NCBI GenBank assembly: GCA_964539655.1
Contig: CAZIJH010000003.1
Span: 12,113 to 76,112 of the forward strand
DNA length: 64,000 nucleotides
DNA from: an uncultured archaeon
GTDB taxonomy: Archaea; Aenigmatarchaeota; Aenigmatarchaeia; CG10238-14; SCSR01
Direction of reading: 5' to 3'
Under the pieces are notes generated by a model that worked only from the letters and a program-made list of their open reading frames with translations, was not told the origin of the DNA and ran no database searches. A program made the translations under genes and the position numbers. Position 1 is the first letter of the stretch; each line of letters starts with the position of its first letter. Shown here piece by piece: positions 47,868-57,191 of this stretch.

Positions 47868-49403
47868 ATGGGTCTTCTGAAAAATCCGATTGAAATCAGA
47901 GATTATCAAAAAAACATTGCAGAAGTCGCCGGCGAAAAAAATACCCTTGTAGTAATCCCAACCGGAATGGGAAAGACTTTGATTGCAGTTTTGATAGCGA
48001 TAAAAAGATTGGACAAATTTCCCGGCAGCAAAGTTCTGATCACCGCTCCCACCAGGCCGCTTAACGCGCAGCACCAGAAAACCTTCGCGCAATTTACCGA
48101 AATTGCGGACGAGGACGTTGTGCTCGTCACGGGAAAAATAAATCCGGATGACAGGAAGGAAGTTTACAAAAGAGCCGAAGTTGTGATCGCGACTCCTCAG
48201 ACGATTGAGAACGATCTCGAGTCTGGAAGAATTAATCTCGCTGATTTTTCATTTGTTGTTTTCGACGAAGCGCACAGGGCCGTGAAGGATTACGCGTACC
48301 CTTACATCGCCAAAAAATACATGCTGCAGGCGAAAAATCCGCTGATACTAGCGCTGACAGCATCGCCCGGAGGGACGCAGCAGAAAATCAACGAGATAAT
48401 CCAGAACCTTTACATCAAGGCCGTCGAGATTAGGACGGAGATCGACACCGACGTGGAAAAATACGTCAAGCAGATCGAGAGGGAATTCATCTACGTGAAT
48501 TTTCCGGAAGAATTCAAAAAAATAAAATCGCTACTCGAGGAGGTTCTGAAAGACGACCTTTACTGGCTGAAAGAGAAGCATTACATCCCGATGTACAGGC
48601 CGCCGAAAAGAATGCTGATAGCATTGCAGAACAAAATCGGGGCTCGGTACGCGGCGACGAAAAATTACGGGCTGATATGGGCGATCATGCGCTCCGCCGA
48701 AGCGATCAAGCTGGAGCACGCAATCGAGCTGCTCGAGACGCAGGGAATTTCTTTCCTCAACGAATATTTCAAAAGGATTTCGGCAAGCGCGAAGCAGACC
48801 GATAAAAGATTGCTGAAAAACCAGAAAATTGTTGACGCGATAAAAATCGTAGAAGACCTCGATTCGAAAGGGATCGAACATCCCAAGCTGGAAAAATTGA
48901 AAGAAACCGTTCTCCGAATGCAGAAAGAAAATCAGAAAATAAAGATAATCGTTTTCGCGAACTTCAGATCGGCTGTCGACAAGATTACGAAAATTCTGAA
49001 CGATGCCGGAGTCCCGACCGAGACGCTTGTCGGCCAGGCCGTGAAAAACGGGAAGGGAATGACGCAGGAGGAGCAGGTTGATACATTGCAGAGGTTCAAG
49101 GCGGGCGAGTTCAATGTCCTGGTCGGAACTTCTGTGAGCGAGGGAGGGAGTGACGTCCCTGCAGTCGGCTACGCGGGTGTCTGCGAGCCGGTCGCTAGCG
49201 AGATCAGGAGCATACAGAGGCGCGGAAGAGTTGGCAGGCAGGTGACCGGGAAAGTTATCTTCCTCATTACGAGGGACACGAGAGACGAGGCTTACTTCTT
49301 CGCGTCATTGCAAAAAGAAAAAAAGATGAAAGGGATATTGTACGGGATGAAGCAGAGCGGAAAGGTCGGAAGCAAAAAGACTTTGGTTGATTGGGTGAAA
49401 TGA
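47868..49403 (+). CDS. Hef/FANCM-like DEAH helicase (stand-alone)
   Basis: PTGMGKT, DEAH, LTASP, QRRGR. Confidence 0.92.
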   Translation: MGLLKNPIEIRDYQKNIAEVAGEKNTLVVIPTGMGKTLIAVLIAIKRLDKFPGSKVLITAPTRPLNAQHQKTFAQFTEIADEDVVLVTGKINPDDRKEVYKRAEVVIATPQTIENDLESGRINLADFSFVVFDEAHRAVKDYAYPYIAKKYMLQAKNPLILALTASPGGTQQKINEIIQNLYIKAVEIRTEIDTDVEKYVKQIEREFIYVNFPEEFKKIKSLLEEVLKDDLYWLKEKHYIPMYRPPKRMLIALQNKIGARYAATKNYGLIWAIMRSAEAIKLEHAIELLETQGISFLNEYFKRISASAKQTDKRLLKNQKIVDAIKIVEDLDSKGIEHPKLEKLKETVLRMQKENQKIKIIVFANFRSAVDKITKILNDAGVPTETLVGQAVKNGKGMTQEEQVDTLQRFKAGEFNVLVGTSVSEGGSDVPAVGYAGVCEPVASEIRSIQRRGRVGRQVTGKVIFLITRDTRDEAYFFASLQKEKKMKGILYGMKQSGKVGSKKTLVDWVK

Positions 49404-50059
49404 AAATGCAGACTCAAAAAATTCTGAGGGATCCCGGAAAGGTTCACATCATAGGGGACTACAGAGAAAAAGAGGTTATTGCGAATTTGGAAAAGCTCGG
49501 TGCGACCGTCGTCAAGAATTCTTTGGAGGTCGGAGACTTCATCGCAAGCGACAAGGTCGTATTCGAAAGGAAATCCCACAGCGATTTCGTTTCTTCGATA
49601 ATCGACAGCAGGCTTTTCGAGCAGGTTGAAAACATGAGGGAGAATTTCGAGAAAGTTGTTTTGATTATCGAGGGCAGCTCGAACAGGAACATAAGCGAGA
49701 ATGCGCTGTACGCCGCTCTGGCGTCGATCGTTGTCAGGGACGACGTCTCCGTGCTGTCGACAAGAAACCCTTACGAAACGGCGCAGACAATTTTTTGGAT
49801 CGTAAAAAAAGAGCAGGAGGAGCACAGGCACGACATTGTTTTCAAGGTCGGCAAGAAACCCGTAGAAGACAACAAATACAAAGAGATGATTGTTGCTGGT
49901 TTGCCTGGAATCGGTCCGGTAATTTCGAAGAGGCTCCTCGAACATTTCGGATCTGTCGAAAAAATATTTTCGGCGAGCGAGGACGAATTGCAAAAGGTGC
50001 ACGGCGTAGGGAAGATAATTGCGAAAAATATTAGAACTCTGATTACCAAGAAATATTAG
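49391..50059 (+). CDS. ERCC4/XPF nuclease with HhH domain
   Basis: GDF, ERKS, IIEG, LPGIG, VHGVG. Confidence 0.93.
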   Translation: MGEMKMQTQKILRDPGKVHIIGDYREKEVIANLEKLGATVVKNSLEVGDFIASDKVVFERKSHSDFVSSIIDSRLFEQVENMRENFEKVVLIIEGSSNRNISENALYAALASIVVRDDVSVLSTRNPYETAQTIFWIVKKEQEEHRHDIVFKVGKKPVEDNKYKEMIVAGLPGIGPVISKRLLEHFGSVEKIFSASEDELQKVHGVGKIIAKNIRTLITKKY

Positions 50060-50076
50060 GTGAAATCATAAGGTCC

Positions 50077-50496
50077 TTGATCGTCGGCATTGATCCCGGA
50101 ACAACGGTCGGAGTTTCTATTCTTGACACGGAAGGAAATCTGGTTTACACAACGAGCAAAAAGAACGCGAGCAAGAACGACATAATAAGTCTGGTCTCTT
50201 CATTTGGGAGGCCCGTCATAATAAGTTCTGACAAGAATCCGACGCCGAGATACGTCGAGAAAGTTTCTACTTCGTTCGGATCAAAATTATTCTTTCCCGA
50301 ACAGCCGCTGCCTGTCAGACAAAAGCACAAGATCACCCGCGAATTTTTCGACGAGATAAGCAACGCGCACGAGATGGACTCGCTTGCAGCTGCAATAATA
50401 GCCTGGAAAGCGAATAGGAAATCAATAGAAAAAAACAGCAAGAAAGCAGGCGACATGTCCGAATGGCTAAGAAACAACCGAAGAGGAAAGATCTGA
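50077..50496 (+). CDS. DUF460-like RNase H-fold protein
   Basis: IVGIDPGTTVG...HEMDSLAAA. Confidence 0.85.
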   Translation: MIVGIDPGTTVGVSILDTEGNLVYTTSKKNASKNDIISLVSSFGRPVIISSDKNPTPRYVEKVSTSFGSKLFFPEQPLPVRQKHKITREFFDEISNAHEMDSLAAAIIAWKANRKSIEKNSKKAGDMSEWLRNNRRGKI

Positions 50497-51017
50497 ACAA
50501 AAGGCTGAAATCGCTCGCTGTATTTCTCGTCAAGTTGAACCTTCTTGCAATACCGCTCTACGCGATAATTTATTACAATCTCTCGTTCGTCCAGTTCCAA
50601 GATTTTGTCGCGACAATTGCGTTCTATCTCTTGAAAATTTTCGGATACAATTTTTCGATCGAAGGCCACAGCCTCTTCCTTTTTTCTCAGGAACAGTTCG
50701 TGCAGGTGGACATATCGTGGGACTCCTCGGGATGGAAAAGCCTCTACGTACTTTCCGCTCTCGTCGCCGCCACGCCGTCAGTCGTCTGGAAAAGAAAATT
50801 GAAGTTCCTCGCTTTCGCGCTGCCGACATTATTTACCGTAAATATTGTGCGCATACTGACGACGATAATCGTCTCTCTGTCGTTCGGCGCCGAGAGTTTC
50901 GAGAAATACTTCGATTTCATGCACCTTTTCCTGTGGAGCTCCGTTTCTATAATCACAGTACTGGCGATGTGGTACGTTTTCCTCAGAATGGAAAAACATA
51001 ATATTAGGGAAAAATAA
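50463..51017 (+). CDS. Exosortase/archaeosortase-family protein
   Basis: ISWDSSGWKS, NIVRI, FMH and TM pattern. Confidence 0.8.
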   Translation: MAKKQPKRKDLNKRLKSLAVFLVKLNLLAIPLYAIIYYNLSFVQFQDFVATIAFYLLKIFGYNFSIEGHSLFLFSQEQFVQVDISWDSSGWKSLYVLSALVAATPSVVWKRKLKFLAFALPTLFTVNIVRILTTIIVSLSFGAESFEKYFDFMHLFLWSSVSIITVLAMWYVFLRMEKHNIREK

Positions 51018-51032
51018 CTTAATTTAGGTAAC

Positions 51033-52394
51033 ATGGCAACGGATTCTCTCGATGACAAAGTAAAGATGAGTCTTCTGCAGACCGAGAAAAGGCTGGTCGA
51101 GCTCGACATGGCCGTCACGGAGCTCAGGGACCTCAAGGAAAAGCTTGGGGAGTTCGATCCCGCGCAGCTGCAGAAACTTTCCGACATAGACGAGATGAAA
51201 CAGAAGGTCGAGGATCTTGAAGACCTCATCATGGTCGAAAACGCTGGTATCATAGAATTGAAAAACATGATTACCGGAGAATCCGAAAAATCAGCCGAAC
51301 AGGCGCAACAGCCTGTGCAGCAAACTGAAGTCAAGCAGGAACTTCCTCAGGAATTCCACGACAAGATGGCGGTCCTTGACCAGATTCAAGGCAAAGTGAA
51401 AAATATAAATCAGGTCGAGCAGCAGATACAGAACATTTCTTCGGAAATCTCGTCGCTGAGAAACGATTTGACGATTATGAAAACTGTCGCGCCTGGCGTG
51501 AAGCTTGGTCCGGACTTCCAGCTTCTTTCCATAAAGATTGACAATCTGAAAAACATAGTCGACGACCTCCTCACAAGAAAAGTCGAGCTTGACATGAAGA
51601 TGGAAGGCATCGAGAAAAACGTTTCATTTTTGCATTCGATGGGGACTGGCAAATTGTCGGACGACATACGGCGCGAGATCGACATAATAAAGAGAGACTA
51701 CTCGGTCACCAATTCGAGATTGGATTCTCTGGAAAACGTAGCGCACGATATTTCTGAAAACATGATGAAGGTCGAGTCTTCCGTTAGCAAGTTCGAAAGT
51801 TTTGAGAAGGCCTCGGCGTTCGGCAAGGAATTGGAATCGAAACTGGATCAGTTCAAGTTCGTCGAGGGCGAGATGAGGAGGCTGTCAAGCAGGATTGAGT
51901 CTGTGTACGACAACATAGACAAGAGACTGGACAAGATAAAGAACATTGAGAAGAAATTCCCAGAAGTTTTGGAGAGCATAGAAAAAACCAACAGGGAGAT
52001 CGACAGCGTAAAGATACTTGCGTTGGATCGCGCGAAAAAGGAGGACGTCGAAGAGAGAATTTCCGAGATCGAGAAAAAGATACAGCCGAGCATGTCGGAA
52101 GCGCTTAACAACCTTTCGAAGAAAATTGACGAGAACAAGATAATGATTTTGCAGCGTGCGAGGAGGGAAGAGCTGGACGGAATTAGCAGGAGGCTGGGGG
52201 ATCTCGACAAGAAAATCGGATCTGTCAAAAGTGGGAATATTGATGAAAAAATTTCTGAACTTCAGGGTCCGGTTTCGATTCTCAGCGTGCAGATATCCGA
52301 ACTTCTTGGGAGGATCGTCATGCTAGAAAGCAGGCTCGCAAACATGGAAGCCAGCGCCAGGGAAGCGCCGTCCCAGCCTATTATTATAGAGTAA
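51033..52394 (+). CDS. Long coiled-coil protein
   Basis: Heptad-rich throughout. Confidence 0.8.
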   Translation: MATDSLDDKVKMSLLQTEKRLVELDMAVTELRDLKEKLGEFDPAQLQKLSDIDEMKQKVEDLEDLIMVENAGIIELKNMITGESEKSAEQAQQPVQQTEVKQELPQEFHDKMAVLDQIQGKVKNINQVEQQIQNISSEISSLRNDLTIMKTVAPGVKLGPDFQLLSIKIDNLKNIVDDLLTRKVELDMKMEGIEKNVSFLHSMGTGKLSDDIRREIDIIKRDYSVTNSRLDSLENVAHDISENMMKVESSVSKFESFEKASAFGKELESKLDQFKFVEGEMRRLSSRIESVYDNIDKRLDKIKNIEKKFPEVLESIEKTNREIDSVKILALDRAKKEDVEERISEIEKKIQPSMSEALNNLSKKIDENKIMILQRARREELDGISRRLGDLDKKIGSVKSGNIDEKISELQGPVSILSVQISELLGRIVMLESRLANMEASAREAPSQPIIIE

Positions 52395-52433
52395 GGGCAC
52401 AGGTTTATAAGTTTTATATTCGAATTAGATTAA

Positions 52434-54698
52434 ATGCCGGCGGCAGGATCAACGGTAATCATTACAGAGAAGCCCGACGCGATGACGAAGATTGCGCAGG
52501 CGCTATCAAACGGAAAGGCAAAGAAGATTGAGAAAAGGGACGCGTTCTGGTACGAGTTCACGAGGGAGAAAAAGAAATTCATTGTCGGATGCGCGGTTGG
52601 CCACTTGTTTGTGCTCGACACGGTGAAAGACGGAACGGGCTGGAAGTATCCGATATTCAACGTGCAATGGGTGCCTACTCACATCAAGAAGGGCCACGAG
52701 TTCTCGCAGAAATATTTCGAGAACATGCAGGAGCTCGTGAAGAACGGAAACGAATTCATAGTCGCTACAGACTACGACACCGAAGGCGCTGTGATAGGAT
52801 ACAACATCTTGAAACTGATGGCTGGAAAAAACAAGGCAAAGAGGATGAAATTCTCGACAATGACGAAAGACGAGCTGATAGATTCTTTTGAGAACGCCGC
52901 GGCGAACATAGATTACAACCAGGTCGAAGCGGGTCTGACGAGGCACTATCTGGATTTCTTCTGGGGGATAAATCTGACGCGCGCTCTCACTCTTGCGATG
53001 AAAAATTCCGCTGAAAAGGGATTTGCAATTTTATCTACAGGAAGGGTGCAGGGCCCGACGCTCGGCATGCTTTTCGACAAGGAAGCCGAGATCAAGAAAT
53101 TCAAGTCGACTCCGTTCTGGCAGCTCGAGCTGCACGTGAACATGGACAAAAAAGATGTCGTCGCTAACCACGAGGAAGACAAGATCTGGAAAGAGGAACA
53201 GGCGCAGAAAATACTCAAGGAATCGAAGGGGAAAGACGGAGTCGTAAAATCCGTAAAGAAAAGGGAGTACAAGCAGTCTCCTCCTGTCCCGTTCAACACG
53301 ACGGAACTTCAGTCCGAAGCATTCAGCCAGTTCAAATATTCGCCGACGCAAACATTGTCGATCGCGGAAAGTCTGTACCAGGCAGGTATCATTTCTTATC
53401 CGAGATCGTCGTCGCAGAAACTCCCTGCAAACATCGGCTACCAGAAAATTTTGAAGGCTCTCGCGACAATAAGATCTTATCAGAAATTTGCAAACGAGTT
53501 GCTGAATAAGGACAGGCTTGTTCCGAAGGAAGGCGCTCGTGACGATCCTGCGCACCCTGCAATATATCCGACATTCGAAGTCGGGGACATCGGAAAGATG
53601 ACTTCGCAGCAGAAAAGATTGTACGATCTTATAGTCAGAAGATTCCTGGCTGTTTTCGGAGACGAGGCGACAAGGGAAAGCAACACGGTCACGATCGACG
53701 TAGGCGGGAACAATTTTACGGTTGTCGGCAAAAGGACAATAGAGCCTGGATGGACAAGCTATTACGGCCCGTACATGTCGACCGAGGAATTGATCCTTCC
53801 TGAATTGGAGATCGGCGACAAGATAAAAGTCACGAAGCTCGACCTTCTTTCGAAAGAGACGCAGCCTCCTGGAAGATACAGCCAGGGAAGCGTGCTGAAG
53901 GAAATGGAGAAAAGGGAGCTCGGAACAAAAGCAACGCGCGCAGAGATTCTGAAGACTCTCTACGACAGGAAATACATTCTCGGCCAGAGCATAAAGGTCA
54001 CGAAGCTGGGAGAGGCCGTTATAAAATCGCTGAAGGAATATTCTCCGAGGATATTGTCCGAAGAGCTTACGAGGAAATTCGAGGAGGAATCGGAGCAGGT
54101 TCTCGGCGGAAAACTGAAAAAGGAAAAAGTTCTTGACGAGTCGAAGGAAATCCTGACCGACTTGTTGAAGGAATTCAAGGCGAACGAGAAGAAGATCGGG
54201 AAGAAACTTCTGGAAGGGCTGCAGATATCGAGAGAGGAGGAGAGGCATCTGGGCACTTGCGTGAATTGCAAGGTCGGGGAGTTGAAAATTTTGAGGTCGC
54301 GATTCAGCGGGAAATTCTTCGTTGGATGTTCCAGTTATTTCAGGTGCTCGAAATGCGGATTCACCAGGACGGCATGCAAGTGCAAGTGCGACATATGCGG
54401 CGGAGTGAAAGGCAAGTGCAAGGAAGCATGGAAGGACAAGAAATGGAACCCGTCGTGCCAGACAGGATATCCTCTGCCGGGGATGGCGAAGATAATCGCT
54501 ACGGGGAAAGTCTGCGACAAGTGCGGCACTCCGATAATCCAGGTGATCAGGAAGGCGCGGCGCCCGTTCAGGATGTGCCTTGATCCGAAATGCGTGACGA
54601 AGGCGGACTGGGGAAAGAAAAAGGGTGCGAAGAAGAAAGCGGCTGTAGCAGCCGTTGTTGAAAAGTCTCCTAAAGTTGCATCGAAAAAAAAAGTTTAA
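52434..54698 (+). CDS. topA: DNA topoisomerase IA
   Basis: ITEKP, ATDYDTEG, STGRVQ, ISYPR, GTKATR, C-terminal zinc ribbons. Confidence 0.97.
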   Translation: MPAAGSTVIITEKPDAMTKIAQALSNGKAKKIEKRDAFWYEFTREKKKFIVGCAVGHLFVLDTVKDGTGWKYPIFNVQWVPTHIKKGHEFSQKYFENMQELVKNGNEFIVATDYDTEGAVIGYNILKLMAGKNKAKRMKFSTMTKDELIDSFENAAANIDYNQVEAGLTRHYLDFFWGINLTRALTLAMKNSAEKGFAILSTGRVQGPTLGMLFDKEAEIKKFKSTPFWQLELHVNMDKKDVVANHEEDKIWKEEQAQKILKESKGKDGVVKSVKKREYKQSPPVPFNTTELQSEAFSQFKYSPTQTLSIAESLYQAGIISYPRSSSQKLPANIGYQKILKALATIRSYQKFANELLNKDRLVPKEGARDDPAHPAIYPTFEVGDIGKMTSQQKRLYDLIVRRFLAVFGDEATRESNTVTIDVGGNNFTVVGKRTIEPGWTSYYGPYMSTEELILPELEIGDKIKVTKLDLLSKETQPPGRYSQGSVLKEMEKRELGTKATRAEILKTLYDRKYILGQSIKVTKLGEAVIKSLKEYSPRILSEELTRKFEEESEQVLGGKLKKEKVLDESKEILTDLLKEFKANEKKIGKKLLEGLQISREEERHLGTCVNCKVGELKILRSRFSGKFFVGCSSYFRCSKCGFTRTACKCKCDICGGVKGKCKEAWKDKKWNPSCQTGYPLPGMAKIIATGKVCDKCGTPIIQVIRKARRPFRMCLDPKCVTKADWGKKKGAKKKAAVAAVVEKSPKVASKKKV

Positions 54699-54716
54699 TA
54701 AAATACGAATTCAATT

Positions 54717-54971
54717 TTGATTGTGGCAAAAGCGCGGAAGACGAGCAACGTTGTCAATTTTTCATTGATGCTGCTTTTCATAATCGCAGTCGCGGTCGTG
54801 TTCTCTCTTGTGTTCACCAACCTGCTTTTGCCCGTGAACCTGATTTCGTCAAACAACGATGTGAAATTCGTTTTCACAATACTTTTGATATTCTCTTCGA
54901 CAGTGTCGTCGCTCGTGGCGATAATAATTTACCTGATACTGTCCAAGAAGATTTCGACGCTGGGTTTGTAG
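54717..54971 (+). CDS. Two-TM small membrane protein
   Basis: Two hydrophobic segments. Confidence 0.6.
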   Translation: MIVAKARKTSNVVNFSLMLLFIIAVAVVFSLVFTNLLLPVNLISSNNDVKFVFTILLIFSSTVSSLVAIIIYLILSKKISTLGL

Positions 54972-55012
54972 CACCGGGAACAGAATTTTTTATTCCGAAA
55001 ACTTTTTGAGAA

Positions 55013-55405
55013 TTATTTTTTAGAAAGAACAAGCAGCCCGCCGACTATCCCGAGCAGCGATCCGATTAGAAATCCTCCTCCGCTAATCAGGCCGGTTGCC
55101 GAGAAAATCAATATCATCATTCCCCACGTGCTGCTTTCCTTTGGCTTTCCGGAGAGCGTATGCGCTGAATACAAAACCACAAGTCCGGATACGACCCCAA
55201 TCACAGGCAAGTAATAGAATCCGCCCATCATTCCGAATGCGGACATCATTCCGTATCCTCCCATCATGTAGTTCATCATGTTGCCCATGGGACCGTAACC
55301 GCCAAAGCTCATTGGACCGAAACCCAACGGAATCAGGCTTCCGATTAATATCAGGATTCCGCCAATCATCGAAAAATAGAACGGCATGCTCGTGTTGTTT
55401 GACAT
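55013..55405 (-). CDS. Gly/Met-rich membrane protein
   Basis: TM helices, GGGFLIGSLLGIVGG. Confidence 0.75.
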   Translation of the reverse strand: MSNNTSMPFYFSMIGGILILIGSLIPLGFGPMSFGGYGPMGNMMNYMMGGYGMMSAFGMMGGFYYLPVIGVVSGLVVLYSAHTLSGKPKESSTWGMMILIFSATGLISGGGFLIGSLLGIVGGLLVLSKK

Positions 55406-55444
55406 GATTTTCTATACGTATTCCGAATGTTTAAAGTTAATTTG

Positions 55445-55766
55445 CAGGCAGGAATTCAAGCCGAAGGGAAGACCGAGAATGGAATCCGCTCCGCAGACCA
55501 TGCACGTCAGATTGCGAACTCTCAAAGAGAAGCCGAACAACAACCTTGTCGAAAGATTCCATTCGACTTTTAGGGAAAGAGACAAGGTAATGAGGGGATT
55601 CAAAACCAAAAACACGGCACAGATTCTGTCGAACGGATTCAGAAATTATTACAATTTCATAAGACCGCATACAACTTTGGACGGATTGACACCAAGTCAA
55701 GTTGCGAATATTGACTTGCAACTTGAAAGAAATAGATGGCTTAGCTTACTAAGAAAGAAAATATAA
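55445..55766 (+). pseudogene. C-terminal fragment of an IS6-family transposase
   Basis: HVRL...NNNLVERFHSTFRERDK...YNFIRPH...NRWLSLL, homologous to 19741-20925. Confidence 0.88.
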
Positions 55767-55767
55767 C

Positions 55768-55977
55768 TTATTCGTCACTTATTTCTATATCATTGAAATT
55801 TCCTAAAGACAGAAGATATTCTCTAATACCGCCTGTAGAGCTTATTAGTTTGAATTCTTCATGTAAGTCTGGGTTCCTAGTTTCTATAATCACAAGACCT
55901 TCTTTTTTTCCTATAGTTTCTTGTATTTCAAGCGGTAACCTCTCTACTCGAGCCAATTTTGCATATTTTAATGTCAT
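55768..55977 (-). CDS. Small hypothetical protein (IS passenger)
   Basis: Similar by eye to 21377-21622. Confidence 0.65.
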   Translation of the reverse strand: MTLKYAKLARVERLPLEIQETIGKKEGLVIIETRNPDLHEEFKLISSTGGIREYLLSLGNFNDIEISDE

Positions 55978-56047
55978 ACAATCTACAGCTCGTTTTATAG
56001 CTAGTTTAATAATATATATATCTTTCCTAGATTATTTAAAGTTGAAA

Positions 56048-56548
56048 TCATTTCATTACCTCTGATATTATAGCATCATTGAAAGACGTAAAGAATTTTT
56101 TATTACATTGGATTTCGGCATTTGTTATTTTACTAATAAAATCATTTGGTTTCAAAACTTTGATATTTGGGTCTGAAACTTGGTATGAATTTAAATTCTC
56201 AGTAAGAATTATCACAATTCTATTTTTTGCTTCTGATTTAGCTATCCATTTAATTGATTCACTAATATTGTATCCATTAACACCTTCAACAGAATGGTCT
56301 ATCTTATAGATACTTTCAAAATATTTTTTGTGGTCATCATTTAATCGAGTTGATATCCTCGAATATAGTGCTCCTTCTAAAATAACTTCGACAGAAATTT
56401 TTGACATCAAATCAGTTGATAAATCAAATGCTTTCCGTCTGATATCAGCTCCACTACTTTGGATATTTACATCAGTTACAGCTTTCATGATTTCCAATGC
56501 TGGTATTATTGCAATAGTGTTCATAAAAAATTCATTACTCTTATTCAA
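56048..56548 (-). CDS. Divergent PIN-like domain protein (IS passenger)
   Basis: ESIKWIA...IILTENLNSY...IKVLKPNDF resembles a PIN C-terminus. Confidence 0.55.
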   Translation of the reverse strand: MNKSNEFFMNTIAIIPALEIMKAVTDVNIQSSGADIRRKAFDLSTDLMSKISVEVILEGALYSRISTRLNDDHKKYFESIYKIDHSVEGVNGYNISESIKWIAKSEAKNRIVIILTENLNSYQVSDPNIKVLKPNDFISKITNAEIQCNKKFFTSFNDAIISEVMK

Positions 56549-56686
56549 ATAACAATATTTTAACTATAAAAATAGATTAGCTACCGAATTTTGAATAACC
56601 TTAGCAACCTATCTTGACAAAAACTTATTTTAAACAAATTCAACCTTTAACTTGACAGAACCCCCATCCACAATCTTTATATACTT

Positions 56687-56731
56687 TTTATGTTACAATA
56701 AATACTAAATTTATGTTACAGTTGTACTAAA
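56687..56731 (+). promoter_or_regulatory. Tandem operator-like repeat downstream of a TATA box
   Basis: TTTATGTTACA-N4/5-TACTAAA twice, after CTTTATATA. Confidence 0.5.
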
Positions 56732-56743
56732 AAATGTGATAAA

Positions 56744-57172
56744 ATGTCGACCGAAAAAAAGGGAATGCTCATAACGTTCTCCATGAAGACGAGCAAGTTC
56801 AAGAAGGCTTCCGAGAAGACGAAATTCTTCAGGATGCTCTACGGATGGAAGCAGGTAGTCCCGAACGAGGAGAAGACGCAGACGTACGAGTACGAGAGGC
56901 CGGGGATACTCGACGAGATGCCGCACGAGAAAGTCGACCAGTCTTCGTTCATAGTTCCGGAGGACGAGGTGGAAAGGATAACCGATTTTTTCGAGGAATG
57001 GAGCAACAAGGTCATGTGGAGGGCGTTCAAGGTTTTGCTCGAGGAGAACGACATGAAAAAGATGTTCGACGATTTCGAGGAAGCGAACGACGAATTCGAC
57101 GAAGAGGACGCGGAAGGTTATGAAAACGATAGAAACAAGAACAAAAAAAGACAAGTGTTCTTCAGGTTGTAA
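56744..57172 (+). CDS. Hypothetical protein with acidic tail (possible Cas2-like ferredoxin fold)
   Basis: LITFS...FFRMLYG...KVDQSSFIVP; directly upstream of cdc48. Confidence 0.7.
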   Translation: MSTEKKGMLITFSMKTSKFKKASEKTKFFRMLYGWKQVVPNEEKTQTYEYERPGILDEMPHEKVDQSSFIVPEDEVERITDFFEEWSNKVMWRAFKVLLEENDMKKMFDDFEEANDEFDEEDAEGYENDRNKNKKRQVFFRL

Positions 57173-57191
57173 TTTTTGGAGAGAATGAAAA

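Larger units (their letters stand above)
55445..56662 (+). mobile_element. Truncated IS6-family cargo element
   Basis: Ends in CTTGACAGAACC (56651-56662), the reverse complement of the first element's TIR GGTTCTGTCAAG. Confidence 0.82.

Noticed and set aside
49135-49200. Degenerate helicase motif V (EGGSD...VGYAGVCEPVA)
   Set aside because: Clustered changes nearly all toward G in a short stretch suggest low-quality base calls; needs a read check before any biological claim.
47868-50059. Split Hef as a frameshifted pseudogene
   Set aside because: The helicase ends in a PIP-like KTLVDW tail and the nuclease has its own GGTGA site and ATG, consistent with two real genes.
56744-57172. Cas2 gene or CRISPR system
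   Set aside because: Only a fold-level resemblance; no cas1 or array in the window.
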